Source of the DNA: Actinomycetes bacterium | Lineage (GTDB): Bacteria > Actinomycetota > CALGFH01 | Reading direction: 5' to 3' | Assembly (NCBI GenBank): GCA_036000965.1 | Contig: DASYUT010000078.1 | Coordinates: forward strand, 8,837-72,836 | Length of the DNA: 64,000 nucleotides | Part shown: positions 44,331-54,363 of the stretch, piece by piece | How positions within the stretch are numbered: position 1 is the stretch's first letter | Layout of the letters: each line of letters begins with the position of its first letter | Made by a program: the position numbers and the translations under genes | Notes under the pieces: model-generated | Seen by the model: only the letters and a program-made list of their open reading frames with translations | Databases searched by the model: none | What the model was told of the DNA's origin: nothing

Positions 44331-44385
44331 CGTAGCAGAGGAGCTTTCACTTGACTTTCTGAAGCGGTCCCTCGACGCTGCTGGC

Positions 44386-46719
44386 ATGTCGAAGCATGCC
44401 GTGACCCCAGCCACCCCCGCCGCCGAGCTCCTGGCCGAGGCGCGGCGCATCCGCGACCGCCGCTTCGGGTCCAGGGTGACCTACTCGCCCAAGGTCTTCA
44501 TCCCCCTGACCATGCTCTGCCGCGACCACTGCGGCTACTGCACCTTTGCCAAGCCTCCAGCCCGCCTGGACGCCGGCCCCTACCTCACCGTCGAGCATGT
44601 CCTGGAGATCGCCCGGGCCGGCCAGGCCCACGGCTGCCACGAGGCCCTGTTCACCCTGGGCGAGCGGCCCGAGGAGCGCTACCCGGCGGCCCGGGCCGGG
44701 CTGGCCGCCCTCGGCCACGCCTCGACCGTCGACTACCTGGCCGAGGCGTGCCGCCAGGTGGTGGCCGAGACCGGCCTGCTGCCCCACGCCAACGCGGGCG
44801 CGCTGCACCCGGACGAGCTGGCCCAGCTCCGGCCGGTCACCGCCAGCCAGGGCATGATGCTCGAGTCGCTGTCCGAGCGGCTGCACGAGCCGGGCGGCCC
44901 CCACGCCCGCTGCCGGACCAAGCTGCCGGCCCGCCGGCTGGCCACCCTCGAGGCCGCCGGCGCCCTGGCCGTCCCGTTCACCACCGGGATCCTGGTCGGC
45001 ATCGGCGAGACCAGAGCCGAGCGGCTCGAGGCGCTGGCCGCGATCGACGCCAGCCACCGGCGTCACGGGCACGTCCAGGAGGTCATCGTCCAGAACTTCC
45101 GCCCGAAGCCGGGCACGGCCATGGCCGACACGCCAGCGCCGTCGCTCGACGAGTACCTGTGGACGGTCGCGGCCGCCCGAGTCCTGCTCGACCCTTCCAT
45201 CCACCTGCAGGCCCCCCCCAACCTGACCGAGGACTTCGGGGTGCTGCTCGAGGCCGGCATCAACGACTGGGGTGGGGTGAGCCCGGTCACCGCCGACCAC
45301 GTCAACCCGGAGCGGCCCTGGCCCGCCCTTGACCGGCTCCGGCAGGTCACCGAGGCGGCCGGCATGGTGCTGGCCCCCCGCCTCACGGTCTACCCGGAGT
45401 TCGCCGCCGACCCGGGCCGCTGGCTCGACCCGGCGATGGTCTTCCCGGTCCTGGACCGCGCCGACGCCGAGTGGCTCGGGCGCGACGACCGCTGGGCAGC
45501 CGGCGATATCGAGCCGCCACCGGTGCTCGTCGAGCCGGCCGCGGTGCTCGTCGAGCCGGCCGGGGCCGGCCGGGGCCGGCCGGGGCGGCGCGGGCGGGTG
45601 GCCGAGGTGCTCGACGGCGTCGCGGTCGGGCAGGAGGTCGGCGAGGACGAGATCGTGGCGCTGTTCGCCGCCCGCGGGCCGGAGGTCCGGGCCGTCGCCG
45701 AGCTGGCCGACGGGCTGCGCCGGCGCGACGCCGGCGAGGTCGTCACCTTCGTGCGCAACCGCAACATCAACTACACCAACGTCTGCACCTTCCGGTGCCG
45801 GTTCTGCGCCTTCTCCAAGGGCCCACTCAGCCTGAACCTGCGCGGTGCGCCCTACCTGCTCGGCCTGGACGAGATCGCCGGCCGGGTGGTCGAGGCCGAG
45901 GCGCTCGGGGCCACCGAGGTGACCCTGCAGGGCGGCATCCACCCCAGCTTCGACGGCGACTACTACGTGGAGGTGGCCAGGGCGGTCCACCAGGCCGCGC
46001 CAGGCATCCACATTCATGGGTTCACCGCCCTCGAGGTCCACGAGGGCGCCCGCCGGCTCGGCGAGCCCCTGCGCGACTACCTCCTGCGGCTCAAGGCGGC
46101 CGGCCTGGCCACGCTGCCCGGGACCGCCGCGGAGATCCTCGACGACGAGGTCCGCGCGGTCATCTGCCCCGACAAGGTGAACACCGAGGAGTGGCTCGAG
46201 GTGCACCGCACGGCCCACTCGGTCGGGCTGCGCTCCAACATCACCATCATGTTCGGCCACGTCGAGCAGCCCAGGAGCTGGGCCAGGCACATGCTGCGGA
46301 CGCGGGCGCTGCAGGAGGAGACCGGCGGGTTCACCGAGTTCGTGCCCCTGCCCTTCGTCCACATGGCCGCGCCCATCTACCGCAAGCGGCTGTCTCGGCC
46401 CGGCCCGACGTTCCGCGAGGCGCTGCTGATGCACGCGGTCGCCCGCATCGCCTACGCCGGCCACATCCCCAACATCCAGGTCTCCTGGGTGAAGATGGGG
46501 CCCGACGGGGTGCGCCAGGCGCTCCTGGGCGGGGTCAACGACCTCGGTGGCACGCTGATGGACGAGAACATCAGCCGGGCCGCCGGCGCCAGCCACGGCC
46601 AGATGATGGAGGCCGAGGACTTCGCCCGCATCGTCGAGCCGCTCGGCCGGCGCCTCGAGCAGCGCACCACCACCTACGGCCGCGTCCGGACCGAGCCAGG
46701 GCCGGTCGCAGCGGCCTGA
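44386..46719 (+). CDS. fbiC: FO synthase (bifunctional CofG/CofH, F420 biosynthesis)
   Basis: Two radical-SAM halves with CRDHCGYCTF and CTFRCRFCAF clusters. 777 aa. The linker carries short tandem repeats. Confidence 0.95.
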   Translation: MSKHAVTPATPAAELLAEARRIRDRRFGSRVTYSPKVFIPLTMLCRDHCGYCTFAKPPARLDAGPYLTVEHVLEIARAGQAHGCHEALFTLGERPEERYPAARAGLAALGHASTVDYLAEACRQVVAETGLLPHANAGALHPDELAQLRPVTASQGMMLESLSERLHEPGGPHARCRTKLPARRLATLEAAGALAVPFTTGILVGIGETRAERLEALAAIDASHRRHGHVQEVIVQNFRPKPGTAMADTPAPSLDEYLWTVAAARVLLDPSIHLQAPPNLTEDFGVLLEAGINDWGGVSPVTADHVNPERPWPALDRLRQVTEAAGMVLAPRLTVYPEFAADPGRWLDPAMVFPVLDRADAEWLGRDDRWAAGDIEPPPVLVEPAAVLVEPAGAGRGRPGRRGRVAEVLDGVAVGQEVGEDEIVALFAARGPEVRAVAELADGLRRRDAGEVVTFVRNRNINYTNVCTFRCRFCAFSKGPLSLNLRGAPYLLGLDEIAGRVVEAEALGATEVTLQGGIHPSFDGDYYVEVARAVHQAAPGIHIHGFTALEVHEGARRLGEPLRDYLLRLKAAGLATLPGTAAEILDDEVRAVICPDKVNTEEWLEVHRTAHSVGLRSNITIMFGHVEQPRSWARHMLRTRALQEETGGFTEFVPLPFVHMAAPIYRKRLSRPGPTFREALLMHAVARIAYAGHIPNIQVSWVKMGPDGVRQALLGGVNDLGGTLMDENISRAAGASHGQMMEAEDFARIVEPLGRRLEQRTTTYGRVRTEPGPVAAA

Positions 46720-46855
46720 ATCGGCCGGGAACCTGCGCCCGCCCGCCGTCCTAGACTCCAACCGCCGGGTGCGAGGAGATGGTGGGACTCGCCTGGCTCC
46801 TGGTGGATGAGCACCTTGGTGCCCACCGGCACCCGTGAGACGAACACTCGCCTGG

Positions 46856-48088
46856 CTAGCGGTGGATCAGCACCCTGGTGCCCACAGGGACCCGCGGATA
46901 GAGGTCTTCGGCGTCCCACAGGCGCATCCGGATGCAGCCGTGGGAGGCGTAGGTCCCGATGGACCAGGTCGAGTAGGTGCCGTGGATGAGGATGCCGGTG
47001 GCGTCCAGGGCCAGCGCCCTTGTCCCGAGCGGGTTGCCCGGGCCGGGCGGGATGACGAGTGGCATGTCCGCGCCCCAGGTGTCCGGGGCCGGGTTGTGCC
47101 AGGTCGGGTTGACCATCTTCCGCATGACCTGCCAGGTGCCGCTCGGGGTGGAGAAGCCGCGCATGGCCGTGGCCACCCCGTAGGTCTTCACGACCTTGGT
47201 TCCTTTGAACAGCCTGAGGCGGTTCTTCGCCTTGTCGATGACGATCGTCGTGCCGAGCTGGTCGTCGGTCACCTTCGGCGTCACCGGCGACAGGGCCAGC
47301 CGCGCCTCCTTGTGGCCCGACTCGCCGAGCACCTTGAGCAGACCCTTGGTGGCGGCCTTGACGTCGAGGGCGCGGCCGGCGCGGGCGCGCTCGATCACGG
47401 GCTTGCCGTCCACCAGCTCGATGCGCGCGTCGACCGGCGCGACCGCGACGCGCTGGGCGATCCGGCCCACGAACGCGGCCACCCGCTGGTCGTCGGTGGT
47501 GGTGTTCAGGTCGACCGACATGGTGACCGGCCGCTTGATGGCCTTGTGCCAGATACGGCCGAAGAACGAGAGCCGCGGGCCGGCCAGCGCCTCGCTGACG
47601 GCCTGCTCGATCGTTGCGCCCCGGCCCACCCCGGCCGGGGTCATGCGGAACCGCTTGTCGCCGACCAGGACCATGATCGGGCGATGCAGGGACTTGGCAG
47701 CGTGGCCCTCTACGGCCTTGGCGGCCTCGGCCCGGGTCATCCCGCCGACGTCCACCCCGCTGATCGTCACCCCGGCCAAGATCTTGCCGGGCGGGCCCCC
47801 GGCACGGGCAGCCGCCGCCACCGTGCCGACCGCGAGCAGCAGCGCGGCCAGCACGACCGCCGCGGCCACCCGCTGCCAACCCGACAGCGGCAACTTCCCG
47901 ACGAGCCCGCTCATGTGCCTTCTGCCCTTGAGGATGAGCCCGCTCATGTGCCTTCTGCCTCTGAGGATGAGCCCGCTCATGTGTCTCCTGCCTCTGAGGA
48001 TGAGCCCGCTCATGTGCCTCCTGCCTCTGAGGATGAGCCCGCTCATGTGTCTCCTGCCTCTGAGGATGAGCCCCACCCCGGCCGGCAA
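46856..48088 (-). CDS. L,D-transpeptidase (YkuD domain) with PG-binding-like domain; N-terminus built from a 33-bp x5 repeat, start ambiguous (48088 down to 47914)
   Basis: C-terminal ..ILIHGTYSTWSIGTYASHGCIRM.. (catalytic His/Cys). TM anchor AAAVVLAALLLAV follows the repeats. Confidence 0.85.
   Translation of the reverse strand: MPAGVGLILRGRRHMSGLILRGRRHMSGLILRGRRHMSGLILRGRRHMSGLILKGRRHMSGLVGKLPLSGWQRVAAAVVLAALLLAVGTVAAAARAGGPPGKILAGVTISGVDVGGMTRAEAAKAVEGHAAKSLHRPIMVLVGDKRFRMTPAGVGRGATIEQAVSEALAGPRLSFFGRIWHKAIKRPVTMSVDLNTTTDDQRVAAFVGRIAQRVAVAPVDARIELVDGKPVIERARAGRALDVKAATKGLLKVLGESGHKEARLALSPVTPKVTDDQLGTTIVIDKAKNRLRLFKGTKVVKTYGVATAMRGFSTPSGTWQVMRKMVNPTWHNPAPDTWGADMPLVIPPGPGNPLGTRALALDATGILIHGTYSTWSIGTYASHGCIRMRLWDAEDLYPRVPVGTRVLIHR
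47903..48067. repeat. Five tandem 33-bp repeats (coding strand: ATGAGCGGGCTCATCCTCAGAGGCAGGAG(G/A)CAC)
   Basis: Counted directly: units start at 47903, 47936, 47969, 48002 and 48035, with a partial sixth at 48068. Confidence 0.97.
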
Positions 48089-48256
48089 GCGGGACGAGGG
48101 TGGACCGGCGTTGTGCTCGGCACGAATTGTCGGCTGCGGGCCCCCCCACCTATAGCTCGACTTACCGAGTGGCTACGTTCTAGGTCAAAGCAGACAGCTT
48201 CGCAACCAGGCTCCGGGGTTCTTCGGCGATTCGTTACGCCGCCGTGTCCGAGCCGG

Positions 48257-48430
48257 TCAACCATGGGCCGGCTCGGCCCCGACGACCCTTGTCAGCCGGT
48301 CGAGCATGTCGTCGTAGATGGCGTGCAACCCTTGGGGGCGAAGGTGCGCTCGAAGAAGCCGCCCACGCCGCCGCTCCCCTCCCAGATGGTCGACACCCTG
48401 AGGTCGATGCCGGTCCCGCTCGCACGCACG
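48257..48430 (-). pseudogene. Relic of an SRPBCC-like gene (C-terminal ~55 aa, frameshifted)
   Basis: ..GIDLRVSTIWEGSGGVGGFFERTFAPKG, then after a 1-nt shift LHAIYDDMLDRLTRVVG... The N-terminal part is absent; that region is occupied by 17-bp repeats and the PHP gene on the other strand. Confidence 0.35.
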
Positions 48431-48484
48431 GCTTCGACGCGCCCGCCCGCATCTGGGGCACCATGGCGCCGCCGCCGGGCGGTC

Positions 48485-48531
48485 CACACGGCCGGGCGGG
48501 GCACACGGCCGGGCGGGGCACACGGCCAGGG
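48485..48531. repeat. 17-bp tandem repeat CACACGGCCGGGCGGGG, about 2.8 copies
   Basis: Seen directly, just upstream of the PHP-domain gene. Confidence 0.9.
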
Positions 48532-48533
48532 AG

Positions 48534-49589
48534 GTGAGCGCGGTGACGCCGGTCGAGGCGCTGCGGCGCATCGCGTTCCTGCTCGAGCGCGCGCTCGAGC
48601 CCACCTACCGGGTACGGGCGTTCCGGCGCGCCGCTGCCGTGGTCGAGGAGATCGAGCCCGACGAGCTGGCCCGGCTCGCGGCCGGTCCCGGCCTGCGCGC
48701 CCTGCCCGGCGTCGGCGAGGTGACCGAGCGGGTGATCCGCGAGGCGCTGGCCGGCGAGGTGCCGGTGTACCTGCGCCGCCTGGAGGCGACCGAGGGCCGC
48801 CCGGTGGCCGAGGGCGCCGCCGAGTTGCGCGCCGCCCTGCGAGGCGACTGCCACACCCACTCGACCTGGAGCGACGGGGGCAGCCCGGTGGCCGAGATGG
48901 CGGCCGCCGCCCGGGACCTTGGCCACGAGTACCTGGCCCTCACCGACCACTCGCCCAGCCTCACGGTGGCGCGAGGCCTCAGCCCCGAGCGGCTGCGGGC
49001 CCAGCTCGACGAGGTGACAGCGCTCAACCAGCGGCTCGCCGAGCAGGCGGCGGCTCGGCCTGGTCCACCGTTCCGGGTCCTCACCGGCATCGAGGTCGAC
49101 ATCCTCGAGGACGGCTCGCTCGACCAGGAGGACGAGCTGCTCGCCCGGCTGGACCTGGTGGTGGCCAGCGTCCACTCCAAGCTGCGCATGGAGGCGCCGG
49201 ACATGACCCGGCGGATGGTGGCCGCGGTCGCCAACCCGCACACCGACGTCCTCGGCCACTGCACCGGGCGGATCCTGACCGGCAAGCGGGGCCGCCCCGA
49301 GTCGGCCTTCGACCCCGAGCTGGTGTTCGCCGCCTGCGCCGAGTTCCGCACAGCGGTCGAGGTCAACTCGCGCCCCGAGCGCCAGGACCCGCCCAAGCGG
49401 CTGCTGCGCCTCGCCGTCGAGGCCGGCTGCCGCTTCGCCGTCGACTCCGACGCCCATGCCCCCGGCCAGCTCGACTGGCTGGTCCTGGGCTGCGAGCGCG
49501 CGTTCGCCTGCGGCGTCACCCCCGACCTGGTGGTCAACGCCTGGGACGCCGCCGGGCTGCTCGCCTGGACGTCGGCGACACCAGGCTGA
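48534..49589 (+). CDS. PHP-domain phosphoesterase with N-terminal PolX-like helix-hairpin-helix region (no polymerase core)
   Basis: N-terminal ..ALRRIAFLLE....YRVRAFRRAA..VE.....L......L..LPGVG. PHP motifs DCHTHSTWSDG, LALTDHSP, GIEVDI and VASVHS. An alternative GTG start at 48543 has better SD spacing. Confidence 0.8.
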   Translation: MSAVTPVEALRRIAFLLERALEPTYRVRAFRRAAAVVEEIEPDELARLAAGPGLRALPGVGEVTERVIREALAGEVPVYLRRLEATEGRPVAEGAAELRAALRGDCHTHSTWSDGGSPVAEMAAAARDLGHEYLALTDHSPSLTVARGLSPERLRAQLDEVTALNQRLAEQAAARPGPPFRVLTGIEVDILEDGSLDQEDELLARLDLVVASVHSKLRMEAPDMTRRMVAAVANPHTDVLGHCTGRILTGKRGRPESAFDPELVFAACAEFRTAVEVNSRPERQDPPKRLLRLAVEAGCRFAVDSDAHAPGQLDWLVLGCERAFACGVTPDLVVNAWDAAGLLAWTSATPG

Positions 49590-49809
49590 GCCGCCGGCAC
49601 CGTCCACCACTACTCAGCCGGCGCTGGCGGCGAGTAGCCCGCCAACCATGCCAGATTCCGCAAAACGCTATTTCCGCTCACGGAGTGGGCGAATTTGGTT
49701 TGTCCACGCATGCTGGAGCAATACTCTTCCTCGGTCGCTTGGCTGGCACGGGCTGCTTGCACCTCGTCTGCCTGCGATTTCGATCGCCCTTCCACGAGAA
49801 GGTGGAGCA

Positions 49810-49974
49810 ATGGCCGAGGTCATCAAGATCGAGCTCCGGTCCGACTACACGAGGTGCTCGCTGTGCGGTGCGCTGCTGCCCTTCAACCTCGTCATCACGG
49901 CCTGGGTGACGCCGATGCCGCGCTGCCCGCGGTGCCAGCCGGCGGAGGAGAGCTACCGGCACTACGTGAAGTGA
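49810..49974 (+). CDS. 54-aa zinc-ribbon-like protein (CSLC...CPRC)
   Basis: ATG 49810 follows GGTGGAG. This is the only part of the 172-aa track ORF with ordinary composition. Confidence 0.4.
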   Translation: MAEVIKIELRSDYTRCSLCGALLPFNLVITAWVTPMPRCPRCQPAEESYRHYVK

Positions 49975-50023
49975 CGTTGCGGGCCCGCCTCCTGGTCCTG
50001 CCCTGAGCGGCCGGCCCCCGCTC

Positions 50024-50938
50024 GTGGGATGCGTCGGCGACCTGATGGTCGACGTCTGCGTGACCGCGCCCGCGCTCGCCCGAGGCGGGGACGTGCCCGG
50101 GTCGGTGGCCCTACGGCCCGGCGGGGCCGCCGCCAACGTCGCCGTCTGGGTGCGCGCGGCCGGGGCCGGCGCCCGGGTCGTGGCCAGGCGCGGGGCCGAC
50201 CTCGCCGGCGAGCTGCTCGCCGCGGCCCTGGCCGGGCGGGGGGTCGAGATCCACCCGCCCGCCGCGTCCCGGCCCACCGGGGCGATGCTGGTGGTCTGGG
50301 AGGCGGGGGAGCGGAGCTTTGTCGCCGACCCCGGGGCCAACGCCGCCCTGGACGAGCGCGACGTGCTCGCCGGCCTGGCCGGGACGGACGCCGTCTTCGT
50401 GAGCGGCTACACCCTGCTGCGGCCCGGATCGCACGGGGCGGCTCTGGCCGCCGCCCGGGTGGCGGGCCGGACCCGGCCGGCCGCGGTCGACGCCAGCTCG
50501 TGGCCGCTGCTGGCCGGCCCGGCCCGGCCGGCCGTGGTGGCTGCCGCGTCGGCGGCGGGGACCCTGCTCGCCAACGCCGAGGAAGCGGTCGCCCTGACCG
50601 GCTTGGCCGACCCCGCGCGGGCCGCCGGCGCGCTGGCTCGGCGGGTGCCGGTCGCCGTGGTCAAGCTCGGCCCTGGCGGGGTGCTGGTGGCGGCCGGGGA
50701 CCGCCTGCACGCCCTGGGTGCCGTGCCCGCCGCGGTCGTCGACCCCACCGGCGCCGGGGATGCGCTCGCCGCCGGCTACCTGGTCGCGCGGGCCGGCGGC
50801 GCCGACCCGGTGGAGGCCGCCCGGGCCGGCGTCCTGCTCGCGGCCCGCGCGGTCACCGTCGAGGGCGCCTGGCCACCGGCGGACCTGCCACCGGCGGACC
50901 TGCCACCGGCGGACCACGAGCGGCCTCCCCTCCAGTAG
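50024..50938 (+). CDS. PfkB-family carbohydrate/ribokinase-like kinase with C-terminal PPADL x3 repeat
   Basis: GGAAANVAVW and DPTGAGDALAAGYL motifs. Confidence 0.85.
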   Translation: MGCVGDLMVDVCVTAPALARGGDVPGSVALRPGGAAANVAVWVRAAGAGARVVARRGADLAGELLAAALAGRGVEIHPPAASRPTGAMLVVWEAGERSFVADPGANAALDERDVLAGLAGTDAVFVSGYTLLRPGSHGAALAAARVAGRTRPAAVDASSWPLLAGPARPAVVAAASAAGTLLANAEEAVALTGLADPARAAGALARRVPVAVVKLGPGGVLVAAGDRLHALGAVPAAVVDPTGAGDALAAGYLVARAGGADPVEAARAGVLLAARAVTVEGAWPPADLPPADLPPADHERPPLQ

Positions 50939-51080
50939 CGGAATCGGGCCTGGCCAGCGTGGATGCGCCTGGCCAGGAGGCGCATCATGGCGGAAGAACG
51001 GGCCATGAGCGGCCCGGCGGAAGGTGCCAAGGCGTGAGCGAGACCTTCGCCAGGGAGGTCCTGCGGGGTACGCTGTAGGC

Positions 51081-53132
51081 ATGGCCGAGGCGCGCAGGGG
51101 CAACCGGTTGGCCGGCGAGACCAGCCCTTACCTGCTCCAGCACGCCGACAACCCGGTCGACTGGTACCCCTGGGGCGAGGAGGCGCTGGAGCGGGCGCGC
51201 CGCGAGGACAAGCCGATCCTGCTGTCTGTCGGCTACGCGGCGTGCCACTGGTGCCACGTCATGGCGCATGAGTCGTTCGAGGACCCGGAGACCGCCGCGG
51301 TCATGAACGAGCACTTCGTGCCGGTCAAGGTGGACCGCGAGGAGCGTCCCGACCTGGACGGGATCTACATGGACGCGGTCCAGGCCATGACCGGCCAGGG
51401 CGGCTGGCCGATGACGGTGTTCCTCACCCCCGACGGGGGCCCGTTCTTCGCCGGCACCTACTTCCCCAGGACCGACCGGCACGGCCTGCCCGGCTTCCGC
51501 AAGGTACTGCTCGCGGTGGCCGAGGCCTGGCGGGAGCGGCGCGAGGACGCCCGCCGCCAGGGCGAGGCGGTGGTCGGCCACATCGCCGCGCAGTCGTTGG
51601 ACTTGGAGCCGGCGACCGTGCCGCTCTCCGAGGAGCTGCTGCGCCAGGCGTTCGACGGCCTGCGGCGGGTGTTCGACCCGAGGTGGGGCGGGTTCGGCCC
51701 GGCGCCCAAGTTCCCCCAGCCGATGACGCTGGAGTTCGCCCTGCGTGCCTCGCTGCGGGGCTGGGAGGGCGCCCTCGAGATGGTCGAGCTGACCCTGAAC
51801 CGCATGGCCCTCGGAGGCGTGTACGACCAGCTCGGCGGGGGCTTCCACCGCTACTCGACCGACGGCCGCTGGCTGGTCCCGCACTTCGAGAAGATGCTGT
51901 ACGACAACGCCCAGCTCGTGCGGGTCTACACCCACGCCTGGCAGGTGACCGGGTGGCCCCGCTACCGCCGCATCGCCCGGGAGACCGCCGGGTACCTGCT
52001 GCGCGAGCTGCGCCACCCCGAGGGCGGCTTCTTCTCGTCCCAGGACGCCGACTCGGAGGGCGTCGAGGGGAAGTTCTTCGTCTGGTCCTACGACGAGCTG
52101 GTCGACCACGCCGGCGAGGTGGTCGCCGACCTGTTCGGCGCCACCCCGGAGGGGAACTGGGAGGGCACCAACGTCCTGTGGATGCCGGAGGCGGCCGAGA
52201 AGGTGGCCATGCGGCACGGCCTCGGCCTCGGGGAGCTCGAGCAGCGGTGGGCGGACGGGCGCCGCCGCCTGTTCGAGGCCCGCGAGGCCCGCGTCCACCC
52301 GGCCACTGACGACAAGGTGCTGGCCGCCTGGAACGGGCTCGCGATCTCCGCGCTGGCCGAGGCGGGGCGCGCCTTCGACGAGCCCTCCCTGGTCGAGGCG
52401 GCGCTGGCCGCGGCCGAGTTCGTCCTGGTCAGGCTGCGCGGGCCAGACGGCCGCCTGCTGCGCGCCTGGCGCGACGGCCGCGCCGGCGGACCCGGCTACC
52501 TCGACGACTACGCCTGCATGGCGGAGGCCTGCCTGACGCTGTGGGAGACCACCTTCGAGCTGCGCTGGCTGACCGAGGCGCGCCAGCTCGCGGACGCGAT
52601 CCTCGAGCTGTTCGCCGACCCCGAGCGGGGCGGCTTCTACCAGACCGGGTCGGACGCCGAGCGGCTCGTGCTCCGGCCCCGCGAGCTGTTCGACAACGCG
52701 GTGCCCTCCGGGTCGTCGGTGGCCGCCGACGTGCTCCAGCGCCTGGCCCGCCTCACCGGCGAGACCGCGTACGACGAGGCGGCCGCGGGCGCCCTCCGGC
52801 TCGTCCAGGACGTGGTGCCGCGGGCGCCGACCGGCTTCGGCTACGCCCTCTCGGCTGCCGACTTCGCCCTGTCCCGGGTGCGCGAGGTCGCGATCGTGGG
52901 CAACCCGGCCGCGCTCGGCACCCGCGCGCTGCTCGACCGGGTGCGGGGTCGCTACCAGCCCAACCAGGTGCTCGCCCTGGCCGCCCAGGACGACCAGGAG
53001 GCTGCCGCGCGGGTGCCGCTGCTCGCCGACCGGACCATGGTCGACGGCCGCGCCACCGCCTACGTCTGCGAGCACTTTGTCTGCAAGCGCCCGGTCACCG
53101 ATCCCGACGAGTTGTCGGCCCTGTTGGACTGA
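51081..53132 (+). CDS. Thioredoxin-domain protein, DUF255 / YyaL (SPATA20-like) family
   Basis: [55 protein letters not shown]-terminal six-hairpin glycosidase-like region. ATG 51081. Confidence 0.9.
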   Translation: MAEARRGNRLAGETSPYLLQHADNPVDWYPWGEEALERARREDKPILLSVGYAACHWCHVMAHESFEDPETAAVMNEHFVPVKVDREERPDLDGIYMDAVQAMTGQGGWPMTVFLTPDGGPFFAGTYFPRTDRHGLPGFRKVLLAVAEAWRERREDARRQGEAVVGHIAAQSLDLEPATVPLSEELLRQAFDGLRRVFDPRWGGFGPAPKFPQPMTLEFALRASLRGWEGALEMVELTLNRMALGGVYDQLGGGFHRYSTDGRWLVPHFEKMLYDNAQLVRVYTHAWQVTGWPRYRRIARETAGYLLRELRHPEGGFFSSQDADSEGVEGKFFVWSYDELVDHAGEVVADLFGATPEGNWEGTNVLWMPEAAEKVAMRHGLGLGELEQRWADGRRRLFEAREARVHPATDDKVLAAWNGLAISALAEAGRAFDEPSLVEAALAAAEFVLVRLRGPDGRLLRAWRDGRAGGPGYLDDYACMAEACLTLWETTFELRWLTEARQLADAILELFADPERGGFYQTGSDAERLVLRPRELFDNAVPSGSSVAADVLQRLARLTGETAYDEAAAGALRLVQDVVPRAPTGFGYALSAADFALSRVREVAIVGNPAALGTRALLDRVRGRYQPNQVLALAAQDDQEAAARVPLLADRTMVDGRATAYVCEHFVCKRPVTDPDELSALLD

Positions 53133-53179
53133 GGCGATCAGCCCGGCCAGGGCATGGGCGCTCCTGGCTACGGACTGCG

Positions 53180-54214
53180 CTACGCCGCCAGCTCGGCGAG
53201 CACCCGCAACTGCCCTAGCCGGTCCTCCAGGGTGCCCATCACCGGGGCGACGATCAGGGTACCGACACCCGCCTCCCGGAACGCGGTCAGGCGCTCGCGC
53301 ACCGCGCCGGCCGGGCCGCAGAGCGAGACGAGGTCGATCAGCTTGTCGGGCAGCGCCGCCATCGCCTCCCCCTGCCGTCCCGCCAGGTACAGCTCCTGCA
53401 CCTTGACGGCCGCCTCCTCGAAGCCGTAGCGGCGGACGAGCTGGTTGTAGAAGTTCTGCTGGCGCGAGCCCATGCCGCCGACGTAGAGGGCGAGCATGAA
53501 GCGCATGGCGTCCCGGGCCGCCTCGACGTCGTCGGACACCTGCGTGCTCACCATGGGGGCGATGTCGACCTCGTCGAGGCTGCGGCCGGCCCGGGCCGCG
53601 CCCGCCTCCAGGTGGGGCCGGAACTCACCCATGTGCTCGGGCGACAGCATGAACGGCATCCAGCCGTCGGCGATCTCGGCAGCGAGCGCGGTGTTCTTCG
53701 GGCCGATGCTGGCCAGGTAGATCGGGAGCCGCTGCTGGGCTGGGCCGATGGTGAGCTTGAGCGCCTTGCCCGGGCCGCCGGGCAGGGGCAGGTCGTAGGT
53801 GTCGCCGTGGTACTCGACCCGCTGGCGGGCGAGCGCCATCCGCACGACGGCCACGTAGTCGCGGGTGCGCGCGAGCGGCTGGGCGTAGCGCTGGCCGTGC
53901 CAGCCCTCAGCGACCTGAGGGCCGGACAGGCCGAGCCCGAGCCGGAAGCGCCCACCGGAGAGCTGGTCCAGGGTGGCCGCGGTCATCGCGGTCATGGCCG
54001 GGCTGCGCGCGGGGAGCTGGAAGATGGCCGAGCCGATGCCGATCGTGCTGGTCTGCGCGGCGAGCCAGGCGAGCACGGTGGCCGCGTCCGAGCCGTACGC
54101 CTCCGACGCCCACACCGAGCCGTAGCCGAGCCGCTCGGCCTCCTGGCTCATGCTGAGCTGGTCGGCCGCAGTGACCCCGAGGCCCCAGTACCCGACGCTC
54201 AGCCCAAGCCGCAT
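53180..54214 (-). CDS. LLM-class F420-dependent oxidoreductase
   Basis: MRLGLSVGYWG...AE.LGY.SVW.SEAYGSDA...LAWLAA.T..I.IGSAI. Luciferase-like fold pattern. GAGGAGG RBS at ATG 54214. Confidence 0.88.
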   Translation of the reverse strand: MRLGLSVGYWGLGVTAADQLSMSQEAERLGYGSVWASEAYGSDAATVLAWLAAQTSTIGIGSAIFQLPARSPAMTAMTAATLDQLSGGRFRLGLGLSGPQVAEGWHGQRYAQPLARTRDYVAVVRMALARQRVEYHGDTYDLPLPGGPGKALKLTIGPAQQRLPIYLASIGPKNTALAAEIADGWMPFMLSPEHMGEFRPHLEAGAARAGRSLDEVDIAPMVSTQVSDDVEAARDAMRFMLALYVGGMGSRQQNFYNQLVRRYGFEEAAVKVQELYLAGRQGEAMAALPDKLIDLVSLCGPAGAVRERLTAFREAGVGTLIVAPVMGTLEDRLGQLRVLAELAA

Positions 54215-54363
54215 GCTGCCTCCTCGATCGACCCGGTGGTCCGAGAGCCTGGCGCAGACCACGGGGCGGACGCAAGCGTGGGGCGCTTCCGCCGGACTCG
54301 CGGCGGCGACCACGCAGTCGAGGCGGCGTCAGCCGACCCGTGGGAGCACCTCGCGCCGGTAGA

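Noticed and set aside
44347-46761. 804-aa minus ORF antisense to fbiC
   Set aside because: Shadow ORF. The fbiC frame has both radical-SAM cluster motifs.
47903-48067. CRISPR array possibility for this and the other tandem repeats (22128, 24487, 30282, 48485, 56027)
   Set aside because: The units abut each other or are separated by other repeats. There are no unique spacers of regular length and no cas genes.
46835-49909. 1024-aa plus ORF spanning the Ldt, relic and PHP loci
   Set aside because: Low-complexity translation that overlaps genes with clear motifs on both strands.
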